A DNA stretch of 64,000 nucleotides from Heteronotia binoei. Taxonomy: Eukaryota. The translations under genes and the position numbers were made by a program. Below, piece after piece: positions 60,401 to 64,000 of the stretch (position 1 is its first letter; every line of letters begins with the position of its first letter). The stretch covers positions 133,176,001 through 133,240,000 of the forward strand of contig NC_083230.1 of NCBI RefSeq assembly GCF_032191835.1. The letters run 5' to 3'. A model generated the notes under the pieces. The model worked only from the letters and a program-made list of their open reading frames with translations, was not told where the DNA came from and ran no database searches.

Positions 60401-62870
60401 GTATCAGGTTACAGCATGGAGTTGGTCTGGCTAACAGCACATAGGAAAGTTACAAGTTCTGACAGCTCAGGCGGTTGAGCTCCCACGCCCCCACTGGCAC
60501 AGAAGCTGCCACCCCACCCCCAGGCCTAGAGCACACTTGGTGAGGATCTCTGCAGGGGTGGGCATGGCTTCCTGGACTGCAATGAGCAGCCTCGGGCATG
60601 ACCCGCCAGCTTTGTGGAGCACAATGCACTTGGCATCGGGGCATGCAGGGGGGATGCTTCTTTGGGGCAAGTGGCCGTGCAGTCTGTCTTCTCTTAAGTA
60701 GTGCCTGCAGTGCCTCTAGATGAGCAAGCTTACTAATCTGCTTGAATCAATGTGATGCACACAGACCACAAGGACGTGGAAACAGGCTATGCACCTGTAA
60801 CTGCTATTCTTTGAGTGGTCGTCTGTGCAGAGAGGGGCTCTCCTTTTAGTGGCTTCCTCAAACTGGGAGGAACTGAGCAGAAGAGACATTATTGCTCCTC
60901 CCCCTTGAGTCTGGCTCTGTCCAATGGGGCAGGCGGGGGGAGGGAGAATTATCACACTTTTTTGTACTTCTAGGAGTTTCTCAGGTTGTGTACCGTGTGT
61001 GCGCAATGCATTAGTGTCAGTGTTCAGAGGTCCATGAAAAACAGGTATGGGCAAGCCAACTGCCTTTCCCAGTGATGTGATTCAGGGAGGAAATGTCTTA
61101 GTGGTGCAGCTCATTCAGGGAACAACAGCAGGGATGCCCCTGATCCAGGGGCTCCAGAAGTGCCCCCACTTTTGCTCTCTCCACAGAATGACTGATTTCT
61201 TCAGCTGCTGTGGTCAGGCAGCTTCTGTTCCTGGCAGTAGGTGCAGCCCGCCAGCTTGCAGCCAAGGGGAAAGGCCCCACCCCCTTCTGCTCCCCAGGGG
61301 CCCCCTGCTTCCACCTCTCCCAAGGGTGACTGCCTGAGTGGTAACCCTGCCTGTGTTGACCTTCGTAGCCCAACGCCTCCCTCTTTGAAGCCTGCTGCAG
61401 TGAGCGGATCCAGCAGTTTGATGATAACGAGGAGGACGAGGAAGATATCTGGGAGGAGAAAGAGATCAGCTATGCCACCCACGTCAAGTCCAGGACTCGG
61501 TAAGGCGAAAGGGGCTGTTTCTGGGGCCTGCCCTGGTCAGTGGCAACACGGACACATGTGGCCATTTGGCTGCCCGGAGCAGGTGTGCTGAGCACGGAGG
61601 GTGGGGGGTAGAGTTCCCGGTGCTCCCTCAGCCTCAGGCGCTGCCAGGACAGCCAGCTCCGCCTTGCCGGGTGTTCTGAGCCGGGGCTTGGAGTCAGGAG
61701 GGGAAGCTGCCAAGGCAGAAGTGCTCTGGGCACGTAGAAGGGCAGGCATCCCCTCTGGCTTGAGCAGAGCAGTCAGAGGCCGAGAAGGAGGGGCTTGAGC
61801 CTCTGGGTTGTGGGCACTGTGGAAAGGCAGGCTGTACTTGGATAAACGGCCTGTTCTTCTGGGCGGGGCTTGTGTAGGGAGAACTGGCTGGAAGAAAAGG
61901 TTGAGGAGTGTCTGTCTCCATAAGGTGACCCCATCTGCCCAAGGCGGGGGAGCCACCCGTCATTTCTGCCTGAAGGCCTTCCTACAAACCGCTGGCCTTG
62001 CTCCTTGTGTTGGGATTATAGAGCAGAATCACAGGCATCTCCAGGGTCATCTAGTTCAACCCTTTTTATAATGCAGGGAATCACAAGTGCCTTCCGCCCC
62101 GCCCCCCACCCTCCTGGATCCCTGGCTGAACCGGCCTGGAGAAAAACGGCTTCCTGACTCCAAAGTGGCAACCAGCATTTCCCTGGGTGTGGAAGAAGGG
62201 CCATGAGAACTAAGCCCTGGTGCAGCCCTGCCTGCCCTCCTTCCCATGATCTGCCTCATTCACAGAATCAGCCTTGCCCTCTAGCCTCTGCTTAAAGACC
62301 TCCAAGGAAGGAGAGCCCACCACCTCCCCAGGAGGAAGCCTGTAATGTCCGTTGTAACGTGCCCTGAGCCCTGCTGTGCAGGGAAAGGCAGGACAGAAAG
62401 AAACAAATGGGGGAGGGGGGGCACGCTGGATGTGATCTTTTGAGCCAGATCCTCTGAGGGCTGATCTGTTTGGGGGGCTGGAGGTTCCGTGAGTGCTGGG
62501 ACCTGAGCATGACCTCCTCCTCGGGGCACCATGAACTTGGCACTGATGTCTGCAGGGAACAGGTGAGAAAGGCTCTGCCCACAGAGGCTGGGCTGCCACC
62601 TCCTCGGCCCAGCTCTCTCGCTCTCTCTCTTTTGCAGTTGAATGGAACAGCCAATGATCGATATCAGTCCTGTACTGTTGGTTCTGATTTTGTGCTTCAG
62701 GTTTGGGGTATCTCATTCCTCAGAGGGGTCATCAAAGAGTGACTTACAGAACGGCGACTGCGATGACCGTGGGGATTCGGGAGGAGAGGAAGCAGAGCAG
62801 GCGTCTTCCTTGGCCGCTGTCAGCGCTGATGGGACCGGCAGCCCTTTGGAGCAGGAAGACTCTTCTGGAG
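7514..62870 (+). CDS. PPP6R2: Serine/threonine-protein phosphatase 6 regulatory subunit 2 (SAPS domain), spliced, 17 coding exons in window, 3'-incomplete. join(7514..7740,9865..10051,10171..10308,12334..12399,22130..22242,24339..24452,25512..25638,25790..25942,27292..27492,38260..38324,45137..45252,50072..50157,50419..50499,51743..51840,52158..52215,61369..61499,62701..62870)
   Basis: Translation [17 protein letters not shown]...[15 protein letters not shown]...[15 protein letters not shown]...[14 protein letters not shown]...[18 protein letters not shown] follows the vertebrate PPP6R2 sequence as I recall it, and motifs such as [10 protein letters not shown] and [14 protein letters not shown] favour R2 over R1/R3. 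All introns are GT-AG and the phases chain without stops (2131 nt). Confidence 0.95.
8324..8460. mobile_element. Palindromic hAT-type MITE, family B
   Basis: caggggtggccaa...ttggtcacccccg, arms inverted over nearly the whole length; decayed 8-bp TSD aaagacac/atatacac. Confidence 0.85.
8640..8895 (-). mobile_element. Decayed L2 fragment
   Basis: Minus-strand ...[11 protein letters not shown]...[17 protein letters not shown] resembles the L2 ORF2 C-terminus. Confidence 0.55.
9865..10051 (+). CDS. PPP6R2: PPP6R2 coding exon 2 (187 nt; [10 protein letters not shown]...RKTEQ)
   Basis: acag|G acceptor, CAG|gtgagt donor, phase 2 to 0. Confidence 0.96.
10171..10308 (+). CDS. PPP6R2: PPP6R2 coding exon 3 (138 nt; VISFLRKK...QEVLS)
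   Basis: ttccag| acceptor after a 119-nt intron; AGT|gtgagg donor. Confidence 0.95.
10955..11040 (-). mobile_element. (AAT)n microsatellite and L2-type 3' tail
   Basis: (ata)x10 followed by ttataccccgccctccccgcc...ggctcagggcgg. Confidence 0.7.
11136..12300. repeat. 83-bp minisatellite, 14 units, in intron 3 abutting the exon 4 branch point
   Basis: gaatgggct recurs every 83 bp from 11138 to 12217. Confidence 0.97.
12334..12399 (+). CDS. PPP6R2: PPP6R2 coding exon 4 (66 nt; [22 protein letters not shown])
   Basis: cccttcag| acceptor, GAT|gtgagt donor. Confidence 0.95.
13716..14712 (+). mobile_element. CR1 3' end (13716-14053 + 14670-14712) split by a Squam3-like SINE
   Basis: ...ggaagaacttcctgac...ttggactag | gtgaccctggaggtccctt...gattctag. 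Confidence 0.75.
14052..14651 (-). mobile_element. Squam3-like (MIR/Ther1-derived tRNA) SINE with four tandem copies of its 104-bp 3' segment
   Basis: Head ggagagccagtttggtatagtggttaag, (CTT)n tail; gatattgg recurs at 14068, 14172, 14276, 14382; 18-bp head duplication at 14652-14669. Confidence 0.88.
14924..16591 (-). mobile_element. ORF1-only L1 derivative (half-L1 / HAL1-like), 1668 bp
   Basis: TSD gggaaggagattct(a) at 14909-14923 and 16592-16606; 117-nt 5' UTR, degenerate ORF1, about 600-nt AT-rich 3' region, AATAAA (14951-14946) and a short A tail; no ORF2 sequence recognisable. Confidence 0.88.
15520..16474 (-). pseudogene. L1 ORF1p pseudogene (coiled-coil, RRM, CTD), several 1-bp frameshifts in the 5' half
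   Basis: [14 protein letters not shown]...[21 protein letters not shown]...[23 protein letters not shown]...YTRDILVQF...[10 protein letters not shown]...KYKW. Confidence 0.85.
16644..16737. repeat. (CCT/CTT)n homopyrimidine tract (SINE-tail derived)
   Basis: About 90 nt of almost pure C/T on the + strand. Confidence 0.9.
17500..17636. mobile_element. Palindromic hAT-type MITE, family B, inside CR1 ORF2
   Basis: Perfect 33-bp TIR caggggtggccaacggtagctctccagatgttt; perfect 8-bp TSD CAGTAGAA at 17492-17499 and 17637-17644. Confidence 0.93.
18328..18610 (+). repeat. Dispersed direct copy of 16497-16798 (L1 5' end + TSD + SINE tail + CCT tract + unique flank)
   Basis: agtttaaaggggtaaaaagaatataactttggagccagc...gggaaggagattctaagccactccgagtg...acctcagtgtgcaaaagaga is present at both loci. 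Confidence 0.93.
18990..19080 (+). mobile_element. L2-type 3' tail
   Basis: gccgccctgagccacttgtgggaagggcgggatataaat...(aata)n. Confidence 0.65.
19481..19690 (-). mobile_element. CR1 subfamily C 3' end with internal (TA)n(CA)n
   Basis: taagaacataagagaagccatgttagatcagg...ttgaaggtggctatgcttgtgg; same family at 26490-26670 (+) and 42287-42560 (-). Confidence 0.75.
20635..21592 (-). mobile_element. 5S rRNA-derived Sauria-type SINE (20635-20713 + 21497-21592) split by a templated insertion
   Basis: Minus-strand head ...tctcagaagccaagcaggccagccctgcctagtatttggatggg resembles 5S rRNA; body ggtggcttgccattgcctgcctc. Confidence 0.65.
20734..21425 (+). mobile_element. Squam3-like SINE with five tandem copies of its 104-bp 3' segment
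   Basis: Head gcagtttggtgaagtggttaag...ggtttgattcc; gggatataaatcc occurs 5 times; only the last unit has the (ctt)n tail. Confidence 0.9.
22130..22242 (+). CDS. PPP6R2: PPP6R2 coding exon 5 (113 nt; [15 protein letters not shown]...VLES)
   Basis: tccacag| acceptor, TC|gtaagt donor. Confidence 0.95.
22435..24120 (-). mobile_element. CR1 subfamily B 3' fragment whose terminal 134 bp is tandemly repeated six times (22435-23235)
   Basis: agaac units at 22435, 22571, 22705, 22839, 22974, 23108; RT peptide DLGVTVDS...[13 protein letters not shown]; TDDTKL near 24100. Confidence 0.88.
24339..24452 (+). CDS. PPP6R2: PPP6R2 coding exon 6 (114 nt; [12 protein letters not shown]...EPRRAG)
   Basis: ttctcag| acceptor, GG|gtaagg donor. 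Confidence 0.95.
24935..25020 (+). mobile_element. MIR-like SINE relic
   Basis: ctacctcatagggttgttgtgaggagaat core motif. Confidence 0.5.
25050..25412 (+). mobile_element. CR1 3' UTR fragment (long-insert subfamily)
   Basis: gatggccacctgacagc...gggaaggagggcagg...ttggactagatgaccctggaagtcccttcc. Confidence 0.75.
25512..25638 (+). CDS. PPP6R2: PPP6R2 coding exon 7 (127 nt; TEGLVDS...LLSPPK)
   Basis: gtgcag| acceptor, AAG|gtaggg donor. Confidence 0.95.
25790..25942 (+). CDS. PPP6R2: PPP6R2 coding exon 8 (153 nt; [20 protein letters not shown]...MGLLL)
   Basis: gacag| acceptor after a 151-nt intron; CTG|gtgagt donor. Confidence 0.95.
26095..27245 (+). mobile_element. Cluster of CR1 3' ends: two degenerate B units, an L2 tail, a CR1-C end, then four tandem about-130-bp CR1-B units (26731-27241)
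   Basis: Repeated ctgttgttggccctccagaggaactgg...gatccagcagggctcttctgatgttcttatg. Confidence 0.82.
27292..27492 (+). CDS. PPP6R2: PPP6R2 coding exon 9 (201 nt; [17 protein letters not shown]...IMVTH)
   Basis: ttccag| acceptor, CAT|gtaagg donor. Confidence 0.95.
28400..28825 (+). mobile_element. Decayed L2 ORF2 C-terminal fragment
   Basis: ...[14 protein letters not shown]...LSWLP...[12 protein letters not shown]...[15 protein letters not shown]. Confidence 0.7.
28834..29602. mobile_element. Putative non-autonomous DNA transposon (unclassified)
   Basis: Imperfect inverted ends (aattactaggggtgc / gcatgccctggtaatt) and subterminal ggtatttttcagg at both ends. Confidence 0.35.
30993..31238 (+). 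mobile_element. Squam3-like SINE
   Basis: gagagccaggttggtgcagtggtgaag...cacctcacagtgtgtctg...tataaatctgcagtcttcttcttc. Confidence 0.85.
31815..32713 (-). mobile_element. Squam3-like SINE with an internal 79-bp segment amplified nine times (about 31990-32670)
   Basis: ggaatcaaacccggttctcccagataagagagc recurs every 79 bp; head and tail are single-copy. Confidence 0.92.
34862..35900 (+). mobile_element. CR1 3' fragment with four tandem 140-bp 3' UTR units (35095-35650), true tail, then a second partial 3' end
   Basis: [16 protein letters not shown]...; ggttcctcagtggaaca recurs at a 140-bp period. Confidence 0.92.
36955..37075 (-). mobile_element. CR1 3' tail relic
   Basis: gggacctctagcc...gcaggaaactcacaaatgcctc. 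Confidence 0.55.
38260..38324 (+). CDS. PPP6R2: PPP6R2 coding exon 10 (65 nt; [22 protein letters not shown])
   Basis: cccctccag| acceptor, CA|gtaagg donor. Confidence 0.94.
38450..38677. repeat. C-rich minisatellite (about 45-50-bp units, 4-5 copies)
   Basis: gtgc(t/c)gactg...ccctctggggcc(a/g)accaccaagccccc repeated. Confidence 0.85.
39440..40460 (-). mobile_element. Old CR1 ORF2 fragments (endonuclease to RT)
   Basis: Minus-strand [37 protein letters not shown] and an RT C-terminal relic. Confidence 0.65.
40693..40982 (-). mobile_element. Full-length, young Squam3-like SINE
   Basis: Complete head (ggagagccagtttgg...ggtttgattcc), body and (CTT)n tail. Confidence 0.9.
40985..41400 (-). mobile_element. 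Decayed L2 fragment
   Basis: Minus-strand ...[22 protein letters not shown]...[20 protein letters not shown]-like peptide. Confidence 0.65.
42287..42560 (-). mobile_element. CR1 subfamily C 3' end with (CA)n
   Basis: taagaacataagagaagccatgttggatcagg...ctttgggtgaagaag; [21 protein letters not shown]. Confidence 0.82.
45137..45252 (+). CDS. PPP6R2: PPP6R2 coding exon 11 (116 nt; [18 protein letters not shown]...EVIR)
   Basis: poly-C tract + cag| acceptor, G|gtaaga donor. Confidence 0.95.
46176..46375. mobile_element. hAT-type MITE, family A (opposite orientation)
   Basis: cagtgtttcctctaagctg ... cagcttagagggggtattg; decayed TSD gtctggag/gtctgaca. Confidence 0.8.
46494..48025 (-). mobile_element. 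CR1 3' fragment with nine tandem 140-bp 3' UTR units (46560-47810)
   Basis: cctaaattcacaggatcc recurs at 46566, 46706, ... 47684; upstream [17 protein letters not shown]. Confidence 0.94.
49230..49690 (-). mobile_element. Putative solo LTR (about 460 bp)
   Basis: Minus strand (a)gtcatgatcc...ctgataggg...ggggtgggacc...tataaaag...attaaa...cctaaca; no TSD found. Confidence 0.4.
49691..49830 (-). mobile_element. 5S-derived Sauria-type SINE head fragment
   Basis: Minus-strand ggtctcagaagctaggtggggtcggccctggccagtatgtggatgggagg resembles internal 5S rRNA; followed by gcaggcaatggcattaaccacc. Confidence 0.6.
50072..50157 (+). CDS. PPP6R2: PPP6R2 coding exon 12 (86 nt; [17 protein letters not shown]...NTVDL)
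   Basis: ccctgcag| acceptor, TTG|gtgagg donor. Confidence 0.95.
50419..50499 (+). CDS. PPP6R2: PPP6R2 coding exon 13 (81 nt, symmetric phase 0; VSTHHLHSS...LSLQQ)
   Basis: ccttccag| acceptor, CAG|gtaacc donor. Confidence 0.93.
51300..51460. mobile_element. Penelope-like terminal repeats, two back-to-back inverted copies with decayed hammerhead cores
   Basis: + cctgaggaagagttctaatgaacgcaaaggctcacacac...ggttgatcctaataaaagg and - cctgatgaagagatctgatgaactcaagaggctc. Confidence 0.55.
51743..51840 (+). CDS. PPP6R2: PPP6R2 coding exon 14 (98 nt; [20 protein letters not shown]...DNIN)
   Basis: cccgcag| acceptor, AA|gtgagc donor. Confidence 0.95.
52158..52215 (+). CDS. PPP6R2: PPP6R2 coding exon 15 (58 nt; [19 protein letters not shown])
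   Basis: ttttccag| acceptor, AGT|gtgagt donor. Confidence 0.94.
52334..52625 (+). mobile_element. CR1 3' fragment
   Basis: tcctacaaggaaaggctgaag...gaccctggaggtcccttccaactctatgattctatga. Confidence 0.85.
52625..52685 (-). mobile_element. Penelope-like terminal fragment with hammerhead-like core
   Basis: Minus-strand ctgatgaaatgagccatgtttcttgaaagcttacactacaataaaatttgttagtc. Confidence 0.6.
53440..53573 (+). mobile_element. Old MIR/Squam3-type SINE, target of the full-length L1
   Basis: acccaggttcaaatc (B-box-like)...ccccacctcacagggttgttgtgaagataaaatag. Confidence 0.6.
53574..53672 (+). promoter_or_regulatory. L1 5' UTR / internal promoter (CpG-rich, YY1-like ATGGCGG at 53598-53604)
   Basis: Starts agggggggcggagcgtcgcgagctaatggcggacgc, resembling vertebrate L1 5' ends; unmutated CpGs. 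Confidence 0.6.
53673..54683 (+). CDS. L1 ORF1p (336 aa; basic N-terminus, coiled coil, RRM, CTD)
   Basis: Heptad region [12 protein letters not shown]...[24 protein letters not shown]; TRDILVQF; [10 protein letters not shown]; FRW. Confidence 0.93.
   Translation: MSTKTKGKAVRSKQKQAPKKKTLVSAFFLPENALKVGDPTACSPDGPNMAPTPTSPRPADAAQSDSEAERPITKKDLDLLKMDIHKYFNEAIIDHIKPLKEKIGELTEDLNTTANIAERSAELGLSLKREVTTLKENEHKLQNRLATLEHKWRALNIKLRGFDERVEEKQDLLLFVADWLRETFSLPDNVAASIVRVQRLGAISSQRRNFTRDILVQFTNSRLRDLILQKSRQMDAIVYRGKKILLLLDLSPESLEKRRKLKIVSSKLHESNLRFRWSPTSDLLLFKNGAFYKIHDAQSGIIALNALAIKYSEEEEKELRKNFEASVDSQPSEDAV
55744..59592 (+). CDS. L1 ORF2p (1282 aa; APE endonuclease, reverse transcriptase, CCHC)
   Basis: EN motifs TWNCRG, LQETH, IYAPN, GGDLN, SRIDY, SDH; RT motifs [33 protein letters not shown]; CWKGC-x7-H-CWWSC. 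Confidence 0.98.
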   Translation: MPIMPKSLKLLTWNCRGFKHPIKRSRISNFLARQRPHVVCLQETHVKKQAPFGLRSKWFNQIYHAPGSSKARGVAILFSKDTVFDLHDTKSDPKGRYIFVKGTLNGKPITVVSIYAPNSSQLSFLKETFAELMDFKHGELIVGGDLNYIADLNLDKTGGKKPKKRHTKETGLNNLLQSLNLTDAWRALHQKARDYTYFSHVHNVYSRIDYILTSPALLACIHDVEIGSRTISDHSWVSANFMLQELNSKGQTWTLNKLLLTKDSICDRVDKQIQEYFQLNDNCGVAQNVVWDAFKAVLRGNLISLAAFCRRNRNKDILELRSKITELETKHKKFGGKKTLKKLTMERNKLDLIETSDVQKNLLYLKQRYVTKTAKSLRLLKFRLQQTKANSQIHSIKSPQGNLHVIPQEITKVFQDYYSTLYSTAIETDLDFKKYLRDMKFDRKLSTNDAEFMDRPISEIEVREALSSIKNNKAVGNDGFPIEFYKRFSSSLLPPLTKTCNLAMSEGIIPETWKDSKMIVIHKEGRDKQDPKSFRPISLLNHDFKIFSTVLARRLNKIINAYIHPDQTGFIPGRSIADNIRRTLNLIHFGKSTQTTSLIASLDAEKAFDRLEIKYLKAVLEQMGFGEKFLNSIAAIYNQPKTQISINTLKSEVITLSRGTRQGCPLSPILFALSLEPLAHLIRMDPEIEGIKVAGVTHKISLFADDAVIYLSNPLKSLTNLMQTIETFGKFSGLAINISKSEIFPIYVPAEVRRDIMLTFPFKWVDKTWRHLGVQIPTDLANLISANYGQLFKKVKLDLQSWAKLQLNLLEKIDLLKTFVMPKFLFLFQNIPVDIPRGEMKMWQKSFSLFLWQNKKPRIAYHLLAKPSDRGGLGAPILEKYHLAAQLRNILIYTKKSCDLPWLQIEAASVLPAHLNEFVWVSETDRKKTNLSNPFLRYTLQLWDKYRSVVTQPSTPIMSFLGQPWFPPGMPKENFQTWRRGKIMRITDISAKGKLYTREQLKTKFKVEIPWFEYHQIHDTLNNVIPVMLPVNQLNAFEKLIHDENTTMRGVIAKIYFLLNQKNWAHPTSQQNAWAKDCSTHLTEEQWHTIWTSSLCKSRCINFKLQQYKIISRWYLTPQMLSHAQKNISSLCWKGCGTPGSFLHCWWSCQKVQTFWNSIITKIEAIVQETIPRTPDFVLLNLWPKTAYSKLKSELISILLLAGKLLLAKLWKNTKIPSITRWFQKVWELIIQDKIASQLVAGDNPRLGGNFMERWFPFLDFTNKNTSKKYAMPKKFLDFVLY
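61369..61499 (+). CDS. PPP6R2: PPP6R2 coding exon 16 (131 nt; [19 protein letters not shown]...KSRTR)
   Basis: cttcgtag| acceptor, CG|gtaagg donor. Confidence 0.93.
62014..62342 (-). mobile_element. CR1 3' UTR fragment (long-insert subfamily)
   Basis: ctccagggtcatctagttcaacc...cctgccctccttcccatgatctgcc...aagacctccaaggaaggagagcccaccacc. Confidence 0.82.
62701..62870 (+). CDS. PPP6R2: PPP6R2 coding exon 17 (170 nt; [12 protein letters not shown]...EDSSG), low-complexity C-terminal region
   Basis: gtgcttcag| acceptor, phase 2 matches exon 16; GAG|gtaatg donor; weak sequence conservation, so the 3' boundary is less certain. Confidence 0.8.
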
Positions 62871-64000
62871 GTAATGGAGACTGGCTGGGGGCAGGTTGCC
62901 TTCTTCCCTCTGCAGACACTTCCGGGGTCACCTCAGCAGCAGCATCTGACCCCTGAAAAATGGGTGGGGGAGATGCCTGGCAAGGCACCTCCAAGGCCTT
63001 CATAGTGCCAGGCAGCCGCTTTGTGTCTTGTCCAGGGCCTCCAGACGGAGATGATCCATCAAGACTTCTGGCAAATGTTACAGGAAAATAGATAGGGCAG
63101 TGGTGTCACAGCAGTGATCGGAGGGTCAGATCAGGCCCCTGGAGGGCTCCTATCAGGCCTTTGAGCAACTCACTGTCACCTTCTTCCTTCTCCCTCTCTC
63201 GCTTCCTTCTGCATCACAGCTTGTTTTGCAAGGCTTGCTCAATCACACAGGAGCTACAGAGCAAACCCTCTCTTTTCTCCATTGGCTGCCCAGCACATGA
63301 AGCAGCTTATGTACAAAAGCTCACAATGCCCAGCCATTTCATGTTTTCCCCTTGGTCTTAGGCTCTAAGTATTGACCATGAGATTTCTGTAATGAATGTC
63401 AGTAAATCAAAAGTAGATTTGCAACTTACAGATGCACCTGAACAGCATACTCAGGATTGCTGCAGCGCAGATGTCGTCCCCAGATTGTGATGCAATAATT
63501 CAGAGCAGGAGGTGCCAGTTAGCAGAGACAGTTAAATAAACAAAATATTGCAAGAGTGCTCATCTTTTGAGCATATTTAACTTTTTAAAAAATCTTTAAT
63601 TGTGTTGGTCTGTGTCCTCTGCTACTCGGCATTGCATTTCATGACACCCATGGCCCAGCCCAAGAAGGTCTCGTTCATGTCAGCTCCAGCCCTTGTAGCA
63701 AATGGGTTTGATAGGCAGAGCAGGCGTGTTGCGAGTGTTGCAGCCGAGGGCCACTGGGCCAGTCTGATCACACAGCTGGGCATTTCCCTCACGTTGCTGC
63801 TGTCCCATGTAGATGAGCAGGTGTTTCCAGGCCTCCCAGGGATGGCTGTGTTGAGTGCCATGCTTGACGGACTGTGAACAGGCATGGCGGGAGGAACCTT
63901 TGTCTTGTAGGGAGGACTCCTAGTGGGCTAGCGTTGAAGGCTGGAGGCCCATTCTCATAGTGTTATCAGGACTCCGTCCTTGTTTTCCCCAGATGTGCCA

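Noticed and set aside
62642-62700. Hydrophobic signal-peptide-like start of ORF 62642-62956
   Set aside because: It is the pyrimidine tract and acceptor of PPP6R2 exon 17.
62871-64000. Further PPP6R2 exon (W-T-A-x-F-D-E-P-like motif) or a neighbouring gene
   Set aside because: No matching frame found before the window end.

Overview
Vertebrate genomic DNA from a squamate reptile, most likely a gecko (inferred from the Squam3-like SINE, CR1 subfamilies and hAT MITEs). No prokaryotic features (no CRISPR, operons or rRNA/tRNA genes). The + strand carries PPP6R2 (SAPS2, PP6 regulatory subunit 2): 17 GT-AG coding exons from ATG 7514 to 62870, 2131 nt (about 710 codons) with all phases consistent. 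The promoter, 5' non-coding exons and last coding exons lie outside the window. Introns are dense with transposons. (1) An intact 6361-bp L1 in intron 15 (53574-59934) has open ORF1 and ORF2, a 1.06-kb spacer and a perfect 17-bp TSD. (2) A 1.67-kb ORF1-only half-L1 with its own AATAAA, A-tail and 14-15 bp TSD sits in intron 4. (3) A 5'-truncated L1 is inserted in the branch-point/pyrimidine tract of the first coding exon. (4) There are many CR1, L2, Squam3-like and 5S-derived SINE copies, hAT MITEs, Penelope relics with degenerate hammerhead cores, and a TIR-bounded 2-kb insertion containing copied local DNA. About nine minisatellite arrays are present, most built from TE segments, and two inverted pairs of arrays bracket exon groups 6-8 and 10-11. 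The most novel-looking signals are the ORF1-only L1, its architectural match to an AATAAA in the intact L1 spacer, the templated local duplications in intron 4, and the inverted TE-satellite pairs. Family names come from recalled consensus motifs, not from database searches.
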